DNA from: Acidimicrobiia bacterium
GTDB taxonomy: Bacteria > Actinomycetota > Acidimicrobiia > Spongiisociales > ZC4RG35
Length of the DNA stretch: 64,000 nucleotides
Direction of reading: 5' to 3'
NCBI GenBank assembly: GCA_965203555.1
Contig: CBDBCY010000004.1
Location: forward strand, 1,408,001 to 1,472,000
The notes under the pieces were generated by a model, which had not been told where the DNA came from, ran no database searches, and saw only the letters and a list, made by a program, of their open reading frames with translations. Of this stretch, positions 1 through 8,025 are shown piece after piece. Both the position numbers and the translations under genes were made by a program. Each line of letters opens with the position of its first letter. Position 1 is the first letter of the stretch.

Positions 1-448
1 CACCACCGCCCATCTGATACCGGCCGGAAAAGACTCCAAAGACCTTTCCCTGGGAACAGTCTGGTATGAGCGCCCGCCCCCCTGCGTGGGACTTGTAATA
101 GTGCTCCACCCCAGTGAACTGCTCCCCATGATAAATCAACAACGTCACCCGACTGACACCACGAAAAGGCAACCTGTTCACGCCCTGAAAACTGGGAGCA
201 TCAGGCACCATAGTCGTAGTGGCGGCAGGCACCGTAGTCGTAGTGGTAGTGGTCGTGGTGGTAGAAGAAGTAGCAGTGGTGTCGGCAGGGGCCGTGCACT
301 GATACAAATCCTTGATAGCACCCCCGATCCACTTCTGACCCGTCCTCGATCTCTGTCTTTCGCGGGGATTGTCGCTCGGGACTGTACCGGGTGAAAGAGG
401 CCGGTCAACAAGTACCCCGACCTCAATGTGGCGATGCGCCCGCCGCAA
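1..448 (-). CDS. Partial ORF (runs off the left edge) with the C-terminal half of the DWGSG...CTAP module and a Thr-rich linker; 5' end apparently truncated
   Basis: Manual minus-strand translation reads RTGQKWIGGAIKDLYQCTAPADTTATSSTTTTTTTTTTVPAATTTMVPDAPSFQG... with no stop before position 1. The only candidate start upstream is TTG at 448; no signal peptide. Absent from the ORF track. Confidence 0.55.
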   Translation of the reverse strand, partial: MRRAHRHIEVGVLVDRPLSPGTVPSDNPRERQRSRTGQKWIGGAIKDLYQCTAPADTTATSSTTTTTTTTTTVPAATTTMVPDAPSFQGVNRLPFRGVSRVTLLIYHGEQFTGVEHYYKSHAGGRALIPDCSQGKVFGVFSGRYQMGGG

Positions 449-493
449 ACTAGCCTTGGTTGGTCAATTGATTGAACCGAAGGTCCGGTATTC

Positions 494-1942
494 ATGAACA
501 AGACACGACTGGCGAGCCTATGTGTTGCTGCCCTGCTCGTGGCGGCCTCCTGCGGCGGAGCGGAGGACTCCGGTTCTCGGACGCCGACCACTGCTCGTGA
601 GACCGATTGGGGATCGGGTATGACCTATGACGATTGCGGTGAACGGGGCCTGACCGATTACGGCCTTCGGACCGGTCAGAAGTGGATCGGGGACTTCTAC
701 GCCGACCTGTACGAGTGCACGGCGCCCATCACCACAGCCGCCGGTTCCCAGCCGATCAGCGATTCCGCTCCCCCACCCACTACGAAGCCCGGAACGACCT
801 CCCCCCAGCCACCGGCGACCTCCACCTCCACCACAACCCTGCTGCCCCTGCGCGGACTGCGCTATGAACTGGTTTTTGCCGGTGTCCGTGAGACCCTGGA
901 CGACGAAGACGCCATGCCTCTGGAAATCGTGGGGCGACCGGGCGGCCGGTTCAACTACATGATCACCCGCGAGGGAAGGGTGTGGATCGTCGAGGAAGAC
1001 ACTTTCTCCAACCCGCCGGTGCTGGATCTGAGGGACTCTATCGCGATCGGATCCGAAACGGGACTGCTGGGACTGGCCCTCCACCCCACCGATCCGCAGC
1101 GGATGTTCCTCTATTACACCGACTTGGAGTTCGACATCATTCTCGCTGAATACCAACTCGATGACGAGTTGAGGAGAGCGATCCCCTCCAGCGCCAAGAC
1201 CTTGATGAAGATCCCCACCCGCAGTGACTTCCACAAGGGTGGAATGATCTCATTCGGCCCGGACGGCTATCTGTATATCGGGGTCGGGGACGACGGATAC
1301 AGCTTCAACGGCCAAGACCACACTACCTTGCTGGGCTCCATACTCCGCATCGATGTCGACGGAGGAGACCCCTATGGCATCCCCACCGACCAACCCCCTC
1401 TCAGCCCGGAGGCTCCGGAGGTATACCTGTACGGGATCCGCAACCCCTGGCGGTTCTGGATAGACCCGACGACCAATCTGATCTTCATAGGCGATGTCGG
1501 AGCCGATGCCTTTGAAGAGATCGATATAACTTCGCTCGACACGTCCGGCGCCAACTTCGGATGGTCGGTTCTGGAAGGACACCAATGGGGGCCCTTCAAC
1601 GAGGGGACCGCCTGCAGGGAGAACCCGGGAACGTGCGACACCAGTGGCTTCACTCCTCCCGCCCTGGCCCTTCGCCACAGTCCCGAGGTCTGCGCCGTCA
1701 TAAGCGGGATGGTGTACCGGGGGCAGGCCATCCCCGAACTCGACGGACACTACTTTTACTCGGATGCCTGCGGCGGCTTTCTCCGTAGCTTCCGATGGAA
1801 CGGGACACTGGCTGTGGACCTACGAGACTGGACCGAGCAGGTGGAGGCTCGAAAGCGGGTGCTCTCGTTCGGGGTGGACACCCAGGGAGAGATGTACGTG
1901 ATGACCGCCGACGACGTTTTCAGGTTGACGCCCGTCCGCTGA
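494..1942 (+). CDS. PQQ-dependent sugar dehydrogenase (glucose/sorbosone dehydrogenase family) lipoprotein
   Basis: Lipobox VAASC; ETGLLGLALHP, HKGGMISFGPDGYLYIGVGD, GIRNPWRF, GDVG..FEEID and ANFGW motifs of the GSDH beta-propeller. Confidence 0.88.
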   Translation: MNKTRLASLCVAALLVAASCGGAEDSGSRTPTTARETDWGSGMTYDDCGERGLTDYGLRTGQKWIGDFYADLYECTAPITTAAGSQPISDSAPPPTTKPGTTSPQPPATSTSTTTLLPLRGLRYELVFAGVRETLDDEDAMPLEIVGRPGGRFNYMITREGRVWIVEEDTFSNPPVLDLRDSIAIGSETGLLGLALHPTDPQRMFLYYTDLEFDIILAEYQLDDELRRAIPSSAKTLMKIPTRSDFHKGGMISFGPDGYLYIGVGDDGYSFNGQDHTTLLGSILRIDVDGGDPYGIPTDQPPLSPEAPEVYLYGIRNPWRFWIDPTTNLIFIGDVGADAFEEIDITSLDTSGANFGWSVLEGHQWGPFNEGTACRENPGTCDTSGFTPPALALRHSPEVCAVISGMVYRGQAIPELDGHYFYSDACGGFLRSFRWNGTLAVDLRDWTEQVEARKRVLSFGVDTQGEMYVMTADDVFRLTPVR

Positions 1943-1960
1943 CATAAACGCCGAAACCGC

Positions 1961-3970
1961 TTACCGCTGAAAGGTGATGCGCCACGAAGTGTCGACCAGA
2001 TCCGGGGGACAGGTCGCCCTGACGACAGTGGCGGGTGTCATCTCCAGGTATCCGACAGAGACCCAACCCTGGTAGGGATCGGTGTCGCCGCGCGCCATGT
2101 CGATCTGGCACCCATCTCCTTCGAAGACCGCCCGGACCAAGACGTCACCGACCTGAACCAGGAAGCCCGAGGTGTTGATCACCGGATCGAGGTCGGGCGC
2201 CAGGTGAAGGTTGGACTGCCAGCGAGAACTCGTTCTGTTGTAGAGACGGTCCCTGATGGTCAGAGACGACCCCGGCGTATAGGAGAAGGTTCTCTCGTGT
2301 CGAAGCAGTCCGGGGCGATCGACGAATCCCTCCACGACGAAACCGGAGTCGGTCGTCCTGATGGGTTGCAGGTGCGTCTCGGCGGGATCGACTTTGCGAG
2401 GATCAATCGGCCGTGACACGAGGCTCGGGATGTTGTGAGCCCGAGCGCTCAGGACGTAACTGCGCATGTGGTCCTTGTTGTAACCGTACTTACCGCTGTC
2501 GACAAAGATTTCGCGACCCCCTTCTATCAGCACGAAACCAAGGTCATCAGTGTGTTTGTGCCTGATGACCGCTCCCACCACGTTTACGAACATCGCGTTT
2601 ACAAACAGCATGCTGGACTCTTCGGCTCCAGGCAGGGAACGTATGATGGCGTACCCCGACTTCGTAAGATCGCGAACCGCCCAGCAACCCGCCTCTCCAT
2701 CGAGACAGTGCGGCTCGACCGGTCCGGTCAACGGCAACCCGATCCCTGCGCTGTCGCCCACCGGCACCCATCGTCCGTCGGGATAGGTCAACCAGGGGGT
2801 CACACGGGCGCCGTCCTCGATGAGGGTACGCACCCCTGGTAGCCGAGTCCGTTCCGCGATGCGAAGCCGTTGGAGGGCATCCAACACGATGCCGTGGTAG
2901 TTGGGTGAGTTCTCACGATGGACACTCTCGTCCGTGAACCACCGGTCCAGCAGCCTCGCGAAAGCCGTGTCCACATAGGATCGGGCGCTGTTGCAAACGC
3001 TTCGCCAACTGAGGACCGCGCACAGCAGGTTGAGGCCTGCAAGCTGAAACAGGCCGTGATTCCCCAGGGAAAGAAAACGAGGATCCAAAAGCTTTCGGAC
3101 ATGGAGTTCGGCCAACCGGGTCAGGGCGGCGAGATCGTCGTCTTCGATGTCGAGATTGCCGACGAATATATTGTCCAGCAAGAACGCCAGACGGGAGGCC
3201 CGGATGCCGGCGGCCATGTCATACCACTGGAAACGGCTCTCTCGATTGTCCTGGACATGGAACCGTTCCCAGTCGAGGGCAATGGCTGCGATGTGCTCGA
3301 GAGACCCGAGGTCACCGTCCTGGTAGGCGTATAGCCAGTACTCCATCATTACCCATGAATGAACGAGGAACTGCCAGTTGCGATCCTCGAAGGGATCGGC
3401 GGCCCAATCCATCGGGAGGGAGTAGTCCCACTCCGGGAGGTCCGGACGCGGCTGGAGTACACCCGGCGAGGGAGGCCGATGGTGCACCGACAATTCCTCG
3501 ACAACGACGCGGGGGCTGGAATAGTCGTCCGGCCGTAAAACGCCCGCCGGGACCGACCCCGAGGCAGGGGTTACGGCAGGCGCGGCGCAGTGATACAGAT
3601 TGGCATAGAAAGTGCCGTTCCTGATCCACCTCTTGCCCGTCACGGGACCGTAGTTCGTCAGGCCCCGCGACCGGCACTCCGAATACGGCGTACCCGATCC
3701 CCAATCAGGCTCCCGCGGAGTAGTCGCGGTGGGCGCCGTGCAGTGATACAGATTGGCATAGAAAGTGCCGTTCCTGATCCACCTCTTGCCCGTCACGGGA
3801 CCGTAGTTCGTCAGGCCCCGCGACCGGCACTCCGAATACGGCGTACCCGATCCCCAATCATGGTCCGACGCAAAAGCACTCGGAACACCATGGACCAGGG
3901 CACCCATCACCCCCACCAGCAACATAACCACCACCTCTCGGATCCCCGGCAAACCATGCCCACTCCTCAT
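1961..3970 (-). CDS. Secreted heparinase II/III-family polysaccharide lyase-like protein with two N-terminal Cys modules
   Basis: Signal peptide ending AFA; DWAADPFEDRNWQF, ENSPNYH, HKHTDDLGF, DSGKYGY and SARAHN motifs; true start may be the downstream ATG (MLLVGVMG). Confidence 0.8.
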   Translation of the reverse strand: MRSGHGLPGIREVVVMLLVGVMGALVHGVPSAFASDHDWGSGTPYSECRSRGLTNYGPVTGKRWIRNGTFYANLYHCTAPTATTPREPDWGSGTPYSECRSRGLTNYGPVTGKRWIRNGTFYANLYHCAAPAVTPASGSVPAGVLRPDDYSSPRVVVEELSVHHRPPSPGVLQPRPDLPEWDYSLPMDWAADPFEDRNWQFLVHSWVMMEYWLYAYQDGDLGSLEHIAAIALDWERFHVQDNRESRFQWYDMAAGIRASRLAFLLDNIFVGNLDIEDDDLAALTRLAELHVRKLLDPRFLSLGNHGLFQLAGLNLLCAVLSWRSVCNSARSYVDTAFARLLDRWFTDESVHRENSPNYHGIVLDALQRLRIAERTRLPGVRTLIEDGARVTPWLTYPDGRWVPVGDSAGIGLPLTGPVEPHCLDGEAGCWAVRDLTKSGYAIIRSLPGAEESSMLFVNAMFVNVVGAVIRHKHTDDLGFVLIEGGREIFVDSGKYGYNKDHMRSYVLSARAHNIPSLVSRPIDPRKVDPAETHLQPIRTTDSGFVVEGFVDRPGLLRHERTFSYTPGSSLTIRDRLYNRTSSRWQSNLHLAPDLDPVINTSGFLVQVGDVLVRAVFEGDGCQIDMARGDTDPYQGWVSVGYLEMTPATVVRATCPPDLVDTSWRITFQR
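3587..3860. repeat. Exact 121-bp direct repeat (3587-3707 and 3740-3860, period 153 bp = 51 codons)
   Basis: Both copies encode DWGSGTPYSECRSRGLTNYGPVTGKRWIRNGTFYANLYHC on the minus strand. Confidence 0.95.
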
Positions 3971-4012
3971 GAACCGACAACCCTACAAGCGGATTCGCAG
4001 AATGCTCACTCC

Positions 4013-6454
4013 TCATGTGCCGCGTGTGCGGGGAGCGTAAAAGGGTCGGAGAGAGGCGGTGGCGGGAAGGCGCGTCCCGGCAACCTCGATCTCGTACTCC
4101 CCTGCCTCGAGCCAAGCCTTGGCGACACCATCGGAATGCTGCAGATACCCCATCGCCAGGCAGCGATCTTCGACGTAGCTCCACATGCCGGAGGTGGTGC
4201 GGCCCACCAACTCGCCGTTGCGGAAAATCGGCTCGTCGTGATAGAGCAACCGGTCCGGATCTTCCAGGCGAAACTGGACGAGTCGCTTGGGAAGAATCCG
4301 ACCGCGCTGACGCTCCAGCGCCTCCTTCCCGCAGAATCCGCCCGGCTTGTTCCAGTCCACTGCGAAACCCAGACCTGCTTCCAGGGGCGTGTCCTCGTCG
4401 GTGATGTCGTGTCCCCAGTGGCGGTAGCCGGCCTCCAGCCGGAGGGAGTTCATGGCGTGGTACCCGGCGTGGCGCAGACCATGGGCGGCGCCCTCGTCCA
4501 CCACCGCGTCGTAGAGTGAGACCGCTTGGTCGACCGGAACGTACAACTCCCAGCCCAGTTCCCCCACGTAGCTGACCCGCATCGCCAGCACCCGGTGTCC
4601 GGCCACCGTGATCTCCTGCGCCCCGCCGAAGGGGAAGGCATCATTCCCCAGGTCGGCGTCGGTGAGCGCCGACAACAGCGCCCTGGACCGGGGACCCATC
4701 ACCCCCAGTGTCGTCATGGAGGTAGTGATGTCCCGTATCCGAACATCGTGGCCCCGCGCAGCCCTGCGCAAGTGCGCCCAGTCCCGGGTGGGCGCACCGG
4801 AACCCGACACCACCAGGAACTTTTCTTCGGAGAGACGGGTCACCGTCAAATCGGCCTCTATCCCTCCCCGTGAGTTGAGCCACTGGGTGTAGACCACCTT
4901 GCCCACCGGACCGGGGACGCGCCCCGATGAAACCCACCCGAGCAGCCGGGCGGCATCGGGACCCTCCACGTCGAACTTGACGAACGAGGTCTGGTCGAAC
5001 AGTCCCACCGCGTTGCGCACCGCCAGGCACTCCTCGCCCGACGCCGCCCACCAGTTCTGCTTCCCGTAGGAATAGACGTAATGGCGCTCCATCCCCTCGG
5101 TGGCGAACCAATTGGGCCTCTCCCATCCCGACATCTCTCCGAACACCGCCCCGGCGGCGTCCAGCCGGTCGTGGAGGGCCGAGAGCTTGACGTCCCGGGC
5201 GCTCTGATACTGGTAGAACGGCCAGTGCATGGCGTACAGAAGACCGAGGCTCTCCGAAATCCGGTCCTCCAGGAACCCGAGTTCGGTCTGATGGGGCTGC
5301 GCCCGGCGGATGTCCACCGGCCACAGGTCGCTGGGAGGATGACCGTCGATGATCCAGTCGGCCAGCACCCACCCCACGCCTCCCGCCGACTGGATGCCCA
5401 CCGAGTTGAACCCGGCAGCCACAAAGCACCGGTCCACTTCGGGCGACTCGCCCAGGTAGTAGACCCCATCGGGAGTGAAAGCCTCCGGGCCGTTGAAAAA
5501 CAGTTGGATGCCCACCTCTCCCAGGGCGGGGACCCGGTGGATGGAACGCTCGAAGATGGGGCCCACATGATCCCAGTCCTCTGCAAGCACCCCGAAGCTG
5601 AAGTCGCGGGGAATCCCGTCGAGCTTCCACACCTTGCCGCGGGGTTCGAAGAAGCCGGTCATGATCTTGCCGGTCTCCTCCTTGAAGTAGGTGTAGTTGG
5701 TGGGATCCCGCAGGGTGGGCATCCCCGGCGGCACCCCGTCCATGGGTTCGGTTACCAGGTAGAAGTGCTCGCAGGCCTGAAGCGGCACATGCACACCGGC
5801 CGTGGCTGCCAGTTGGCGGGTCCACATGCCCGCCGCCAGCACCACGGTCTCGCACTCCACGTAACCGTGCTCGGTTTCCACCCCGACCACCCGTTCGTTC
5901 TCCACCCGGATCGAAGTCACCGCCACTTCCTCCAGGATCCGCACGCCGCGGTCCTTGGCTCCCTTGGCCAGCGACATGGTGGTGTCGACCGGGCTGGTCT
6001 GGCCGTCCTGGGGAATCCAGGCGGCGCCCACCAGATCGTCGGTGCGGATCAGGGGCCAACGCTCCCGCAACTCGTCGAAGTCCATCTCCCGCATCTCCAC
6101 CCCCACCGTGCGAGCCATGGACAGTCCGCGCATGATCTCCTCCCAACGCTCTGCGTCGGAAGCCACCGAAATGGAGCCCACCGCCCGATATCCGGTGGCC
6201 TGGCCGGTCTCGGACTCCAGGTCGGAGAACAGTTGCGCCGAGTAGGTGGCGAGGCGGGTGAGGCTGTAGGACGATTTGAGCTGGCTCACCAGCCCGGCGG
6301 CGTGCCAGGTGGTTCCGCCGGTCAGCTTCCCCTGCTCCAGCAGCAGAACATCGGTCACTCCCCTTCGAGCCAGGTGGTAGGCGACGCTGCACCCCACGAT
6401 CCCTCCGCCCACCACCACCACCTGGGCCCGGCCCGGCAAAGCCTTGGCGCCCAC
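4013..6454 (-). CDS. FAD-dependent oxidoreductase fused to a GcvT-like domain (dimethylglycine/sarcosine dehydrogenase family)
   Basis: GGGIVG Rossmann motif, GTTWHAAG, GPEAFTPD, GWERPNWF, SYVGELGWELY, LRLEAGY. Confidence 0.92.
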   Translation of the reverse strand: MGAKALPGRAQVVVVGGGIVGCSVAYHLARRGVTDVLLLEQGKLTGGTTWHAAGLVSQLKSSYSLTRLATYSAQLFSDLESETGQATGYRAVGSISVASDAERWEEIMRGLSMARTVGVEMREMDFDELRERWPLIRTDDLVGAAWIPQDGQTSPVDTTMSLAKGAKDRGVRILEEVAVTSIRVENERVVGVETEHGYVECETVVLAAGMWTRQLAATAGVHVPLQACEHFYLVTEPMDGVPPGMPTLRDPTNYTYFKEETGKIMTGFFEPRGKVWKLDGIPRDFSFGVLAEDWDHVGPIFERSIHRVPALGEVGIQLFFNGPEAFTPDGVYYLGESPEVDRCFVAAGFNSVGIQSAGGVGWVLADWIIDGHPPSDLWPVDIRRAQPHQTELGFLEDRISESLGLLYAMHWPFYQYQSARDVKLSALHDRLDAAGAVFGEMSGWERPNWFATEGMERHYVYSYGKQNWWAASGEECLAVRNAVGLFDQTSFVKFDVEGPDAARLLGWVSSGRVPGPVGKVVYTQWLNSRGGIEADLTVTRLSEEKFLVVSGSGAPTRDWAHLRRAARGHDVRIRDITTSMTTLGVMGPRSRALLSALTDADLGNDAFPFGGAQEITVAGHRVLAMRVSYVGELGWELYVPVDQAVSLYDAVVDEGAAHGLRHAGYHAMNSLRLEAGYRHWGHDITDEDTPLEAGLGFAVDWNKPGGFCGKEALERQRGRILPKRLVQFRLEDPDRLLYHDEPIFRNGELVGRTTSGMWSYVEDRCLAMGYLQHSDGVAKAWLEAGEYEIEVAGTRLPATASLRPFYAPRTRGT

Positions 6455-6474
6455 CGCGGGCTCGGTGGCCGGAA

Positions 6475-8025
6475 TCAGCCGCCCCTCACCGACTCGACCG
6501 GAAGACGGATGGGGAACCGCTCCCGAATGAGATCATCCACCGCCGGAGGGACATGGCCGGGAAAGTGGCCGGCCAGGGTCTCCACCACGTAGGCGTGGGC
6601 CCGGTCGGCGACCGACAACGCCCCCGCGTCGGTCCAGTCATCAGGGCTGAGGCGATCTCCGACGTGCGGGTAGACATACTCCCGCTGCATAACCCGCAGG
6701 GTCTGTTCATGCCCCAGAAAATGCCCTTCGCCCGACACCACGTCTTTGATCACCTGGGTGGCGAGGCTGTCCGTGTTAACCTCGATGCCCCGCACCGTGC
6801 GGTTGACTGCTCCCAGCAGGTCGTTGTCCACCACCATCATCTCCAACGAACATGCCATGATCGAAGCCATCATTCCCGCCGACTCGTAGACCAGGTTCGA
6901 CCCGGACAGAGCCGCCAGGGCAACGGTGAGACCCTTCTCGTGCCCGGCCTGTCCGTCGATGAGTTTGGAGTCGGTCATCCCCGCCGGCACCCCGGAGGGA
7001 AGTCCCAGCCAGTTGGCCACCTGAGCGGCGCCGGCGGTCAGCACGGCCTCCTCTCCGCTGCCCCCGCTCATGGCGCCGGTGCGAAGATCGGAAACGAACG
7101 GCCAAAGTCCCATTACGCAGGGATGCCCGGGGGACATCATGTTGATGCAGGTCAAAGCGGCCAGGCACTCGGCCAGGGCCTGCACCAGCGATCCCGCCAG
7201 GGTGGCGGGCGAGGTGGCCCCGGCCTGCCCCGCCGACAGCAAATTGATGGGCATGCCGGTTCTGACCATCGCCACCATGCCCTCCGCCGTCTCCATGGCA
7301 AAACGAAGCGGCGGCACCACGAAGGTGGCGTTCGCCGCTATGAAAGGGCGTTTGCGGAACTCACCGGGTCCGCCCAGCACCATGTCGCACATTTCCACCA
7401 CCTCATAGACGTGGGGAGCATGGAAAAAGGAGGTGCCGATCGGCTTGGTGGTGCCCATGATGGCGGCGTAGGCCGTGTTGATGTCCACTTCACGCGCCCC
7501 GTCGACCTCGCGGGTAACCACCGGACGGACGAAGAAATGGATGTGTTCAAGCGTGTCCACAACCCGGGCGAGGTCGTAGAGATCCTGGGTGGTGGAGTGT
7601 CGGAAGGACCGGGTCAGATGGTCGAACATCAGGACGGCGGCGCCCGCCGTACCGAAGTGGACCTTCTTCTCGGAAAGCTCGATGGAACGGCTCTCGTCGA
7701 TCCCGTGCCACACCCACGACTTGGCGGCCAGTTCGACCGCCCGTCTCACCAGGGACTCGGGGAAGCGAAGCCGCCCCGCATCATCGACCCAACCTCCCGC
7801 ATTGACCACGGCCTCGATGAACTCGGGGATCGGATCACCCATGCCCACTTCTTCCAACAAATGCAGGGAAGCCTGGTAGACATCCTCCATATCGGACTCT
7901 GACAGAGGCCGGTAGGCGCCTCCCTGCTGGCCCGGCCTCACCGGGCGGTCGACCTCCCTGAGTCCCGCGGCGCGGGCGGCTATCCGGGCCGCTCTCCCTC
8001 CTGCCCGGCGACCTCGCCTGGCCAT
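6475..8025 (-). CDS. Trimethylamine methyltransferase (MttB) family protein, non-pyrrolysine type
   Basis: HFGTAGAA, GATSPATLAGSLVQALAECLA, FVSDLRTGAMSGG, GMTDSK..DGQAGHEK, GHFLG; no in-frame TAG. Confidence 0.9.
   Translation of the reverse strand: MARRGRRAGGRAARIAARAAGLREVDRPVRPGQQGGAYRPLSESDMEDVYQASLHLLEEVGMGDPIPEFIEAVVNAGGWVDDAGRLRFPESLVRRAVELAAKSWVWHGIDESRSIELSEKKVHFGTAGAAVLMFDHLTRSFRHSTTQDLYDLARVVDTLEHIHFFVRPVVTREVDGAREVDINTAYAAIMGTTKPIGTSFFHAPHVYEVVEMCDMVLGGPGEFRKRPFIAANATFVVPPLRFAMETAEGMVAMVRTGMPINLLSAGQAGATSPATLAGSLVQALAECLAALTCINMMSPGHPCVMGLWPFVSDLRTGAMSGGSGEEAVLTAGAAQVANWLGLPSGVPAGMTDSKLIDGQAGHEKGLTVALAALSGSNLVYESAGMMASIMACSLEMMVVDNDLLGAVNRTVRGIEVNTDSLATQVIKDVVSGEGHFLGHEQTLRVMQREYVYPHVGDRLSPDDWTDAGALSVADRAHAYVVETLAGHFPGHVPPAVDDLIRERFPIRLPVESVRGG

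Noticed and set aside
6475-8025. Pyrrolysine in MttB
   Set aside because: The ORF is continuous with no in-frame TAG.
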